Source: a virus (lineage: Duplodnaviria > Caudoviricetes). From it: a stretch of 56,348 nt of DNA. The stretch lies in the IMG/VR virus record IMGVR_UViG_3300025151_000042, positions 1-56,348 of that record, one strand, 5' to 3'. Of this stretch, positions 46,858 to 55,887 are shown piece by piece. The first letter of the stretch is position 1. Each line of letters opens with the position of its first letter. The notes beneath the pieces are model-generated. The model had not been told where the DNA came from, did no database searches, and saw nothing but the letters and a program-made list of their open reading frames with translations. The translations under genes and the position numbers were made by a program.

Positions 46858-47868
46858 ATGGAGATGCTATTCATAGTAATGGTCTTAGCGAGTATGATGC
46901 TCGTTAGACTTCCAAAAGATGATGCCGAACAGAAAAATGAAATGATACCAACAAACTTTGAGAGTAATTTCAAAGTTGGTATCGCAAATGCAATAGATGA
47001 AGATATTGAACGAGTGCAAAAACAACTTCAAGAGTTAGTTGAGTTATGTGCTGCTGAGACATGGCGAAGAAATGCCATAAAATACGCAGAACATAACAAA
47101 CTCTTCCTTGAGACTCACTCAAAGTTAATTGGGTTGATGAAGAAGGCTTATGAGTTATACCATGAGATATTTACCTGTATTACTGATGAAGGTTGGACTA
47201 TCGACAACGGTTACGATACATGGCTTAACTCATACATTGAGTGGATTAATGAAAGGAATGCCTCGGTCATGGATGGTACTTGTTACGCAAATAATACTGT
47301 AAGTAGGAAGGACTTTCGTAAGTTGGTTGGTGCAAGACATGACCCCGATGAATTGGTCGAATCCTTTTGGGGAACACATGAGTTGATGCAACATCTCTTT
47401 GATAACATAGCGTTAACTGCGAGACAATCAAGAAGGTATCTAAACTCTTGTTATACTAATTATGAAAATATTGGCAATTGGATATGTGAAGAATCTCATA
47501 AGATAATAACTCATCCTTTACTTATCTCAGATAAGAGTAAGATACAGCCTTATAATTTACCTCATGCGGGTTCTTGCACTAATTGTAGTGATTATGACGG
47601 CGTACCTTCACCCACCTTGAAAGAGACTCACTATGAACCATCATGGCAGGAATATAGGGGGGCTATAGTACATCCTTCATATCATGTCTTGACTTGTGTT
47701 AGGTGTGGTAATGAAAGTGATGGAGATAAAGCAGGTCATTTTATTGATGGTGTAGACTTCAATGGTCAATCAATGTATGCAGGTATGACAACTCATGAAG
47801 TTGCTATGATGTGTACGTGCCATGATGACCCGCACGATTGTTATCCGTGCAATTCAGAATATTATTGA
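46858..47868 (+). CDS. hypothetical protein, coiled coil plus Cys/His-rich C-terminus (cassette gene)
   Basis: 336-aa ORF with TTTATA about 30 nt upstream; CTNC, CVRC and CTCH...CYPC. Confidence 0.75.
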   Translation: MEMLFIVMVLASMMLVRLPKDDAEQKNEMIPTNFESNFKVGIANAIDEDIERVQKQLQELVELCAAETWRRNAIKYAEHNKLFLETHSKLIGLMKKAYELYHEIFTCITDEGWTIDNGYDTWLNSYIEWINERNASVMDGTCYANNTVSRKDFRKLVGARHDPDELVESFWGTHELMQHLFDNIALTARQSRRYLNSCYTNYENIGNWICEESHKIITHPLLISDKSKIQPYNLPHAGSCTNCSDYDGVPSPTLKETHYEPSWQEYRGAIVHPSYHVLTCVRCGNESDGDKAGHFIDGVDFNGQSMYAGMTTHEVAMMCTCHDDPHDCYPCNSEYY

Positions 47869-47882
47869 GACGTAAAAACGGC

Positions 47883-47986
47883 GAGGGGTCGCCCGCCTTG
47901 CGGGTGGCCTCTCCCTTATATACCTATCGAATATTTGGATTTGGATTTTAACCGTCTTTCTTTTTTTTGGATTTACACACTAGTGT
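47883..47986 (+). repeat. cassette boundary element, copy 8
   Basis: GC hairpin; GGATTTGGATT at 47937; ACACTAGTGT at 47977; further GGATTT tracts to about 48040. Confidence 0.85.
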
Positions 47987-48266
47987 TTTATTATTAGGAT
48001 TTGCATTTTAGATTCTTTTTGGATTTTTGGATTTTGGATTCTTTTCTCTTTTTCTTTTTTCTAGGATAGGATTAACCAGTAAAATAAACAAATAAAAAAA
48101 AATGTTACGGCTACGCTTAAAATTAAGTTTAGTATATAAAGTTAATGCTCAACCACCCCACAACTATATAAGGGAAACACCCTATGTACCGGGTAACAGT
48201 AAGTGGTTACGATGGTAACCCGTGTAATAAGAGAAACGTAAAGAAAAAAAAAGGAGACATGAAAAA

Positions 48267-48404
48267 ATGAAAAAGTTGATTGAAAGCCTAATAAGAGAGA
48301 TTGAAGAAAAAAAGAAAAAGCCCAGAGAGACAGTTGAATTAAAATGCGACTGTCCAGACGATTATCATAGCGGTTGTATAACTGTTATAGACGGTAATTA
48401 TTAA
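48267..48404 (+). CDS. small protein (45 aa), not in ORF track
   Basis: AGGAG SD; MKKLIESL...CDCPDDYHSGC; followed by a GC hairpin. Confidence 0.5.
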   Translation: MKKLIESLIREIEEKKKKPRETVELKCDCPDDYHSGCITVIDGNY

Positions 48405-48508
48405 GAAGGTTGGGGGGAAAAATCCCCCCTTCCATCTTATTCAGGGCCGCCCCATGAGATGTCTGCCGACATCCCATGAGGGGTTTACGTTTGTTCTAAC
48501 TTATACAT

Positions 48509-48871
48509 TTATCTGTGACCATTTACGATTACATCATGTATAAGTGTTATCTGTCTGAATAATTCATCCCTATTTCCTTTGATACCGAAGTATTTCTTTA
48601 CCTCAGAAACCTTCCAATGTCTATGAGGTTTCATACCTATGGTCCAAAGGGATAAATCTCTTTTAGAACATATAAGATTGAATACCGCATGTCCGGTAGG
48701 ATTACCGTTAACAGTAAATATATCTTCACCACTCTCAAACCTTTGTCCTTCTTCACCGTATGTTTGCATGAAGGGGGATTCCCACATTTTATCAGTAAAT
48801 TGACTTACTGTAGGAAAGTATGAAGGGTTCTCTCTTACAAGTTCTCTCATATCAGAAATTATCTCATTCAT
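48509..48871 (-). CDS. hypothetical protein
   Basis: AAGGAGA SD; LSLWTIGMKPHRHW..VKKYFGIKG. Confidence 0.7.
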   Translation of the reverse strand: MNEIISDMRELVRENPSYFPTVSQFTDKMWESPFMQTYGEEGQRFESGEDIFTVNGNPTGHAVFNLICSKRDLSLWTIGMKPHRHWKVSEVKKYFGIKGNRDELFRQITLIHDVIVNGHR

Positions 48872-49023
48872 TAATTATCATCTCCTTTATTATAATTATA
48901 TATCTTATTTATTAAGAGTGAGGCGGTAGTGTTGCAGCACTACCCCCCCACAATTTTATGTTATTCCGTCTGATTATAAACGAAGGGGTAAGACGGTTAC
49001 TAAGTAACCCCCTAAACCGTCAT

Positions 49024-49281
49024 TTAATCACAGTAAACTAGTGAATCTTGATTACACTCATCACAATCAGCATCATACAATGTTGGTTCAATTTCTTCAC
49101 CAAAATTGTAAGGTGCATCAGTAAGGGCAAGACATACTGAACAAACATTGAGTTTGTCTAGTATTGTATCTTCATCATCATACTGCGTACATACATACAT
49201 AGCAGTTATATCAGATGGTGTAATCTTATACACATCGTTTAATACTTTGTTTCCTTTAATTAATTCATTTCTTCTACTCAT
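49024..49281 (-). CDS. Zn-finger protein
   Basis: CSVC...CDEC; AAGGAGA SD. Confidence 0.65.
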   Translation of the reverse strand: MSRRNELIKGNKVLNDVYKITPSDITAMYVCTQYDDEDTILDKLNVCSVCLALTDAPYNFGEEIEPTLYDADCDECNQDSLVYCD

Positions 49282-49417
49282 AATTATAAGTCTCCTTTTA
49301 ATTTAGTGTTAGGTTAAAACTAGGGAGGCGTTGCCGCCCCCCTAGAGTTTTATGTATTTCCGTCAGACTATGATTTATTCTAGAGTCCAAAACTCTAAAA
49401 CAGTTCCGTTTTCATCA

Positions 49418-49597
49418 TCAATTATTTGCATGATTAGAACGTCGTTCATTTATCATAGCCTCCAATCTATCATAGTAAATGTGAGTGCATTCATCAGAAC
49501 AGAATGGAACAAAACCACAACCTCTCACGACTTTGCAGGTTTTCCAATCAGCCCTTTCCGGCTCTCTACATACTACGCATTTGTATGTCCTTGTCAT
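49418..49597 (-). CDS. MYND/TRASH-like Zn-finger protein (59 aa), not in ORF track
   Basis: GGTGAT SD; CVVC...C...C...FCSDEC. Confidence 0.6.
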   Translation of the reverse strand: MTRTYKCVVCREPERADWKTCKVVRGCGFVPFCSDECTHIYYDRLEAMINERRSNHANN

Positions 49598-49686
49598 ATT
49601 ATCACCATATTAAAAAGTGCAGCCATTTGTAGCATTACTCTCACCGGCTGCTAGTGAGTGCTTCCGTCATAGATACTTAGTTTATC

Positions 49687-49818
49687 TTAATCTGTATCTA
49701 TTCTATCAACTTGAGATGTTTCATAATCAATTAAATATTTGAGAGGCGTGTCCCAAAGTCTACCAATTACTTCATCTAAGTCTATATCCACATAAAAATG
49801 TACTCTTATTTCTGTCAT
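49687..49818 (-). CDS. small acidic protein (43 aa), not in ORF track
   Basis: AGGTGG SD; MTEIRVHFYVDIDLDEVI... Confidence 0.5.
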   Translation of the reverse strand: MTEIRVHFYVDIDLDEVIGRLWDTPLKYLIDYETSQVDRIDTD

Positions 49819-50180
49819 AAAATTACCACCTTTTATCAGTCTTGTTTATAGATGCGTTCCGAGACGGTCAATCCACATCTCACCTAGTTCTAGGGTTTGT
49901 ACTTCTGAAAGTGTCATAAGTGATTTTTAATCACCTCCGTTTCATTTTCTATTTTTCGACTTGGGTTTTTTCAACCAGCGTCTAATTTATGGCTATCACC
50001 ACAAATCTTGCTGTCTATTGACAGCCCGCCTTCACTAATCCGGCTCCCCTCGCACCGAGGGATATATATGCGTCACTATACTAGTACTTAAGGCTTTTCA
50101 TCCAAAAATCTCACGATATACGTACCTATACCCGCCTAGCACCTCGAACAATTTTTTACAATTTTTTTCAAAAAAAATAT

Positions 50181-50504
50181 TTATAATTTTTTTCGCCAAA
50201 ACCTTGTTCTTCTGCCCATGACGGTTTTATACTTATCTTCCATGTCGTGTGTGATTTTACGCATATATTTGTGAACTCCACAAGAATGTAATTGTGTCCA
50301 ACGGGCCGGAACGACCTCGTTAACTTTCCAAAGTACCTCTTCTTGGCTACGCCATTCATCGAAGAAATCCCCGTTTGCTAAATCTTGTAATCTATCCAAA
50401 TAAATTGTTTTCTTTTTCTTTGGTCCGAATACTGTTCTATCCGTTTCGCTTTTGTCGCTTATAATGCATCCTCTCTTAGTATAACTACCTGATAACTTTC
50501 TCAT
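50181..50504 (-). CDS. basic hypothetical protein
   Basis: ATGA-coupled to the terminase stop. Confidence 0.55.
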   Translation of the reverse strand: MRKLSGSYTKRGCIISDKSETDRTVFGPKKKKTIYLDRLQDLANGDFFDEWRSQEEVLWKVNEVVPARWTQLHSCGVHKYMRKITHDMEDKYKTVMGRRTRFWRKKL

Positions 50505-52009
50505 AATCTTCTTCTCTCCATTACTCTACCACCTATGCCTGTATTAGAGGACCTATTAATCTTGGGTTTACCACCCATCCATTCTCCACCACTCATAGTT
50601 TTCATAACTACTGGCATATCGGGAATCTTATATGTGAATTGGTCTATTGCATGTGCAAAGGCCATTACTGCGTCATTGTGAATACCTAAGTCCACTATGA
50701 CTCCATCACGCCATGCGTGAAGTTTCAGTTCTTCTAGGATAATCTCTACCATCCTTCTAGTCTCATCATTTCCATATGGGAATACTATCATCTCCCTCTC
50801 AAACCAAACCCTAAGTCTGTTTAGCAATCCTTGTTTGAGTGTTCTGTTACCCACCTTACTAGGTCTATAATCTACTACCGCACCTTTTTGTGCAAGCAAA
50901 CTTTCATACATTTGTTGGAAACCTACATCTTCTACTGCTACCGCGCAATTGCCATATCTCTTAGACCATTCAATCAACATATCCGCTTGCTTATCCGGTG
51001 GGAAATCATTACGTCTCCACATATTTACAAAGTGAATAAATCCTTGTTCATCTTGTCTCAATACAACCATAACGCTGTAATCTTTACCAAGACCGTGTGC
51101 AGGGTCAAAACCTATCACATATCTGTTGTTCTGTAACTTATCAGTCTGTATAATGTGTTCCATGTTAAGGTTTTTACGAATCAGATTGTTAGGATATACT
51201 GCTGCGTCGTCATCAACAACCCTACATAGGTATTCCTGTGAAAACTCTAAATCACCAATAGCATCTTTTTGTTCTAACAAGAACTTTACGCTACGATATT
51301 CCGGCCAAAGTGCTTTAGGTTCAATTTCACCATCACTACTTTTCCATTCATCATAGTTTACTATACTACTCCAAACGCCACTTTTCCAAGCATTTTTGTT
51401 TAGCATTTCTGTGTGGTACAAATCTGTCATAGACATAGGCGTACCAACCACATAAAAAGATGACCCCGGACTCAACATCGGTGTGATAGCCTTTCTAAAC
51501 CATTGTTGTAAAGTGTGTGGGTTCATCTCATCAGAATCTACTAACACATCATCGAATGCAACACAGGCCGGATGTTCACCACGAATAGCAGAACCTACTG
51601 ATGTAGCCATAATCCATGCACCATTGGTAAAATGTATTTCTGTTTTGTTCCCTTTCTTGGGGTCTAGATACCTAGACAACTGAGGGTGTTGTTTCATATC
51701 CTCTCTAATCTCTTGTAATCTTCTAATAGCAGTATCTTTACTAGCAGAAATCAACCAACAAGTAAACGGTTTGCCATTCCCTTTCTTCTCAAACAAACAT
51801 TGATGTAATAGTTTTACCCTAAGAGTAGTTGATTTACTATGGTCGCGAGGTGCAATAACACAAACACGATGTACTTCCGAGCCTTTTCTATCTCCGTACA
51901 TATCCATCCATTCCCCTATGTGTTCGCCCCAAGTATATCCTAACCATTGGTAGAAATACTTGATGTCTTTACGACTACGCTCCATAGAAAAATCTTGCAT
52001 AAAACTCAT
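50501..52009 (-). CDS. terL: terminase large subunit
   Basis: Walker A APRDHSKST, Walker B VAFDD, VVGTP, FSQEY, nuclease IGFDPA and HNDAVMA. Confidence 0.92.
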   Translation of the reverse strand: MSFMQDFSMERSRKDIKYFYQWLGYTWGEHIGEWMDMYGDRKGSEVHRVCVIAPRDHSKSTTLRVKLLHQCLFEKKGNGKPFTCWLISASKDTAIRRLQEIREDMKQHPQLSRYLDPKKGNKTEIHFTNGAWIMATSVGSAIRGEHPACVAFDDVLVDSDEMNPHTLQQWFRKAITPMLSPGSSFYVVGTPMSMTDLYHTEMLNKNAWKSGVWSSIVNYDEWKSSDGEIEPKALWPEYRSVKFLLEQKDAIGDLEFSQEYLCRVVDDDAAVYPNNLIRKNLNMEHIIQTDKLQNNRYVIGFDPAHGLGKDYSVMVVLRQDEQGFIHFVNMWRRNDFPPDKQADMLIEWSKRYGNCAVAVEDVGFQQMYESLLAQKGAVVDYRPSKVGNRTLKQGLLNRLRVWFEREMIVFPYGNDETRRMVEIILEELKLHAWRDGVIVDLGIHNDAVMAFAHAIDQFTYKIPDMPVVMKTMSGGEWMGGKPKINRSSNTGIGGRVMERRRL

Positions 52010-52013
52010 AGTA

Positions 52014-52136
52014 TCACCTTGGATGTAAATCTTTTTTACCACAATAAGGACAAATGCCTTCTACCGCTTTTTCCATTTGTATGCGTGGTGCTTCCCAACC
52101 ACAGGACCAACACTTAGCACTAGTCCATCTATTCAT
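52014..52136 (-). CDS. Zn-ribbon micro-protein (40 aa), not in ORF track
   Basis: MNRWTSAKCWSCG...CPYCGKKDLHPR*; its stop codon carries the GGTGA SD for terL. Confidence 0.65.
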   Translation of the reverse strand: MNRWTSAKCWSCGWEAPRIQMEKAVEGICPYCGKKDLHPR

Positions 52137-53565
52137 TATGTACCACCGGAGCAAACAAACTACCTATCAAACCATCTTCTTTGTGAATAATATATGCAGA
52201 CAAACCTGCTTTAGCCATGACATATCCGTTACGGCTGTGGTATCTATCTTCGCCCGCCAAACTAGGAAGTTGAATAACTAGACAACCGCCCGCTTCGCGC
52301 ATTTGTTGATGATGTAAATGTCCATGAAACCAAAGTTTATGTTCAGTTACACCCCAAGCCTTTCTTTGTTCGTGAGCCATCAAAGCATTTAGTTTGTTCA
52401 TAACTTTACCGTCGCCATGAGTAAACCCAATTAGGTTATTACCATAGGTAACGTATTGCCTAATTTCGGGAGAAACTACTACATTCACATCATCAGAATC
52501 TTTGTAGTAAGCATCAAGATACATCATCAACATAATACTTGTGTGTCTATCGTGATTTCCACCCATAAATATCAATTCTACCTCAGAAACAGTACGTAAT
52601 AAATCAATGTGCTGTCTAGCAAGGTCGCAACCTTCCATCAAAATCTGTGCAGGTGTAGCAGCCATGTCTTGCGCTGTACCTTTAGTAGTTGTACCCACAT
52701 CATTATCTACATGAAACCAATCACTACCCACACCGACATAAAACTTTTCGGGCGCACTAGGTAGTCTGTTTAACAACTCTTCTGTTTTTGTAAGAACCCT
52801 GTGTCTTGCTTCTTCTAAGTCATATTGTTGTCCGACTTCATCAACCCAACCATATTTACCAAAATGTAGGTCGGTAGGCGAAAGAACAACAGCAAAATCT
52901 CCTTTAGTTTTACTTTTAGTACGTTTTACGGAAGCCGGTTTCCAGTTTTCTGCAATCTCAAGAAAATCTTTCTTAACTGTCTCGTTAAAGTAGTTATATT
53001 TCATGGCATCTTTCTCAAGTTGTCGCCATTTTTTATGTTCTGCCTTTTTCATAATCTCTATTTTACGCATGGCGAGTATTTCATCAACCAAATCGTCAAC
53101 AGTATTGTTTTCTACTTCTCTATCTGTAAAAGGCTGCATACCATGAGTCCATTTGTTAACCCTAACATATTCGCTAACCCAAGTAGGGGGCATTTCAAAC
53201 TCTCTAGCCATTTCTTCTACTGTTAAGTTGCCACCCGTGTGAGAATAAGCCTTTTTCATAGCCCTATGTTTTTCTCCCTCTACTACATAGAAACCATCTA
53301 ACGCTTCCATAACTACAAGGTACTTATCTGCTGCCTCATCATAATATACTTTAGTATGATTGGTTTCGACATTGTGATATTCTTCTGTTTTCTTGAAAGG
53401 GTCATTACCTTCCTTCATCCATCTCTGAATACTACATCTCCACGCATTTTTTGTACGCTTTGGTTCTATTTCGTGTAGAAACTCAGCAAACTCACTAATA
53501 TTAGTGAAACTTCTATCTTTGGCAAACTTTTCAATTAGGTCTTTACCCCCATGCACCCTTCGCAT
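52129..53565 (-). CDS. calcineurin-like metallophosphoesterase with N-terminal HTH
   Basis: DLHFG, GSDWFH, GNHD, THGD and GHLHH; HTH segment LTVEEMAREFEMPPTWV. Confidence 0.85.
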   Translation of the reverse strand: MRRVHGGKDLIEKFAKDRSFTNISEFAEFLHEIEPKRTKNAWRCSIQRWMKEGNDPFKKTEEYHNVETNHTKVYYDEAADKYLVVMEALDGFYVVEGEKHRAMKKAYSHTGGNLTVEEMAREFEMPPTWVSEYVRVNKWTHGMQPFTDREVENNTVDDLVDEILAMRKIEIMKKAEHKKWRQLEKDAMKYNYFNETVKKDFLEIAENWKPASVKRTKSKTKGDFAVVLSPTDLHFGKYGWVDEVGQQYDLEEARHRVLTKTEELLNRLPSAPEKFYVGVGSDWFHVDNDVGTTTKGTAQDMAATPAQILMEGCDLARQHIDLLRTVSEVELIFMGGNHDRHTSIMLMMYLDAYYKDSDDVNVVVSPEIRQYVTYGNNLIGFTHGDGKVMNKLNALMAHEQRKAWGVTEHKLWFHGHLHHQQMREAGGCLVIQLPSLAGEDRYHSRNGYVMAKAGLSAYIIHKEDGLIGSLFAPVVHNE

Positions 53566-53620
53566 AAACAAGGATAATTTGAAGGGATATATAAGTATTA
53601 GCATAATAATTTCTATTAAG

Positions 53621-53855
53621 TTGACGTTTTACAAAATAAATAAACCGCTAGACTGCTAGGCTATGTGTAATTATTTTTATTTCTTCTATAATATGTTTGG
53701 TAAACCCCCACCCACTATAATAGTTAACGTAGTTAACTTCTCTACATTAAAGAAAAAAATAAAAAAAAAGAAAAAAATGTCGCAGTAAAGCGTTTTATTC
53801 TTTCAGTAAATCACAAAAACATTAAAAAAAATAAAAACGAACTATTAAACGTCAA
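53621..53855. repeat. long imperfect AT-rich inverted repeat, copy 2
   Basis: TTTACAAAATAAATAAACCGCTAGACTGC / GCAGTAAAGCGTTTTATTCTTTCAGTAAA; outer TTGACGTTT/AAACGTCAA; shares TATTTCTTCTATAAT with copy 1. Confidence 0.75.
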
Positions 53856-53873
53856 TTATACTCTCGATATGTT

Positions 53874-55271
53874 ATGGCAGAGCGTAGCAGGTGGAATATA
53901 TTTCGTGGAAACACAAAAAAAGAGAATCCTAACCCAATTATACAAAGAGCAGGTATGATGATAGAACCCTTCAATCAAGTAGCGGGCGTACCCGATATTG
54001 TACGTGATACTGAAAGATTGAGAAAAGACAGTAACCATGACAATGAGTTTGACCTCTATGATAGTATGCTAAAGTTAGACCCCGAACTAAATGGTGCTGT
54101 TCGTGCTGTTTCACTTACGGCTAACAACTATGAGATAAATTATGCCAACGGTAGAAACGCTCAGATAAGAGATGCAATACGTGAGTTAGTAGAAGAGACA
54201 CTTGACTTTGATGATATTATGATTAACGCTATGCGAAGTCTTATGGTTTACGGAAATGACATAAACAAAATAGTCGGTAAACAAGGTGTAGGTATTACTG
54301 ACATACAAAGTTTACCCGTAAAACAAATTACCATAGTTGATGAGAGAGGTGGCTTAGGTTCTTACTTCGTTGCTGACGAAGATAACCCAATCATCAATGC
54401 TAACATATATATGTTAAGAGAAGGTACATCCTACGAACGTGCTATACCAAAAAAAGAAATACTACACGTTAGAATAGATTATCGTTCTAATTGGTTTACT
54501 GATAATAAACTACGTCGTACCTATGGTATATGGGGTGCTAGTAGATTCACATCATTAAAACAACCAATACGCATGAAATATAACAGTATGAACAACAGAG
54601 TTTCTTTAGAGGACTCTATGACAAAACAATTTATTACTATTGACAAATCTGCTATCGAACACATACAAGACCCCGCAGAACAAAACCAAAGACTACAACA
54701 CATTATGGATGAGGTTATATCTCTATTCGAGGGACTGCGAGGCGACCAAATACCTGTCCTTCCTCATTATGTAGAATTACATCACGTAGATGTAGGCAAC
54801 AGTTTACCAAACAACACAGGATTCTTAGACACAATCAATGCTGATATTGCGGCTGTACTACAAGTACCTAGAGTCGCAGCAGGTCAAGAAAAAGGCTCTA
54901 CTTTTGCTGCAACATTCAATGCTAACCTGTGGGCTGTCCAAGCAATTAGCCGTATGCATAGAATACTAAGTGAAGCAGCAAATAAAATATTTATGATGCA
55001 CTTAGACTTATTAGGTATAAAATACCGCAAACAAGATTTACCAACTATTAAGTTCGAGGCTATGGATAGTGAAACACCACTAAACATAATGCAAAGAACA
55101 GTAATGGGTTACAACGCAGGTTTACTTACACTAAATCAATCTTTAGATAATCTTAACTTACCAAGTGCGGGTAGAGAAGGCGACCAAAGAAAAAACATAG
55201 AAACACCAAAAAATGTAGGCGAAGTACCTAGAGAAAATACACAGGATGGTGCGAGCGATAGTATGGAATGA
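53874..55271 (+). CDS. portal protein
   Basis: YDSMLKLDPELNGAV, LMVYGND, EILHVR, WGASRF, IAAVLQVP and GLLTLNQ portal-like pattern; next to the terminase. Confidence 0.85.
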   Translation: MAERSRWNIFRGNTKKENPNPIIQRAGMMIEPFNQVAGVPDIVRDTERLRKDSNHDNEFDLYDSMLKLDPELNGAVRAVSLTANNYEINYANGRNAQIRDAIRELVEETLDFDDIMINAMRSLMVYGNDINKIVGKQGVGITDIQSLPVKQITIVDERGGLGSYFVADEDNPIINANIYMLREGTSYERAIPKKEILHVRIDYRSNWFTDNKLRRTYGIWGASRFTSLKQPIRMKYNSMNNRVSLEDSMTKQFITIDKSAIEHIQDPAEQNQRLQHIMDEVISLFEGLRGDQIPVLPHYVELHHVDVGNSLPNNTGFLDTINADIAAVLQVPRVAAGQEKGSTFAATFNANLWAVQAISRMHRILSEAANKIFMMHLDLLGIKYRKQDLPTIKFEAMDSETPLNIMQRTVMGYNAGLLTLNQSLDNLNLPSAGREGDQRKNIETPKNVGEVPRENTQDGASDSME

Positions 55272-55329
55272 TTATTACTTAGTAATATTCTATGCTTTTT
55301 TATTCTTTTTAGGCTCTTTCATAGGAGTA

Positions 55330-55341
55330 TTAATAAGACAT
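55330..55341 (+). promoter_or_regulatory. putative late promoter TTAATAAGACAT (copy at 55858-55869)
   Basis: 12-bp exact repeat, each starting 30 nt before an ATG. Confidence 0.65.
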
Positions 55342-55359
55342 AGGACTGGTGCGAATAAC

Positions 55360-55785
55360 ATGGCAAGAATGAAAATGAGTAATCCTAACGAGTATTTGAT
55401 GCTTACTTTTGGACTAGGTGTTGTACTTGCTTGGGTTGTTATTGCCGCTACTGCTTCATACTATAGTATAGTCGAAGAAAGAGACATTACAGACAGTCAA
55501 TTGACAGTTATTGGTTTGCTCGGTGGTCCGGCACTTCTTATCATAACTAGCGTACTTGATTTATTCAAGGGTAAAGAAGGCGCAAAAATTAACATTCTAC
55601 CCGACCAACTAGCAAGCGACGTTACAGCATCGGAAGCAATAGATAATCACACAAGAATGCTCGAAGAACTTAAATTAAAACACGACCTAGATTTAGAAAA
55701 GATGCAAAAACAGCATAATTTAGACATGGAAGCATACCAAATTACAAACAATAAAGTTACCGCAAAGAAAAAAAGTGATGCTTAA
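55360..55785 (+). CDS. two-TM membrane protein with coiled-coil tail
   Basis: Start at 55360 supported by TTAATAAGACAT 30 nt upstream. Confidence 0.65.
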   Translation: MARMKMSNPNEYLMLTFGLGVVLAWVVIAATASYYSIVEERDITDSQLTVIGLLGGPALLIITSVLDLFKGKEGAKINILPDQLASDVTASEAIDNHTRMLEELKLKHDLDLEKMQKQHNLDMEAYQITNNKVTAKKKSDA

Positions 55786-55887
55786 TGAATTATAGTATCT
55801 TTTGTGGGTTTTGTGTTATGGGCGATTGCTCAGAATGTCCTGTATCTAAAGATTAGGTTAATAAGACATTCCTAATCTGCAAGAGTT

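Noticed and set aside
42500-48060. CRISPR or TIGR-like guide array
   Set aside because: The repeats are degenerate and separated by 0.4-1.3 kb of genes, not 30-40 nt spacers; no cas or Nop-domain gene was seen.
42500-48060. Classical integron
   Set aside because: No tyrosine recombinase in the window, no GTTRRRY/RYYYAAC attC ends, and the cassettes carry their own promoters.
49930-50160. tRNA gene in the GC-richer patch
   Set aside because: No cloverleaf or T-loop GTTC consensus found; no tRNA could be supported anywhere in the window.
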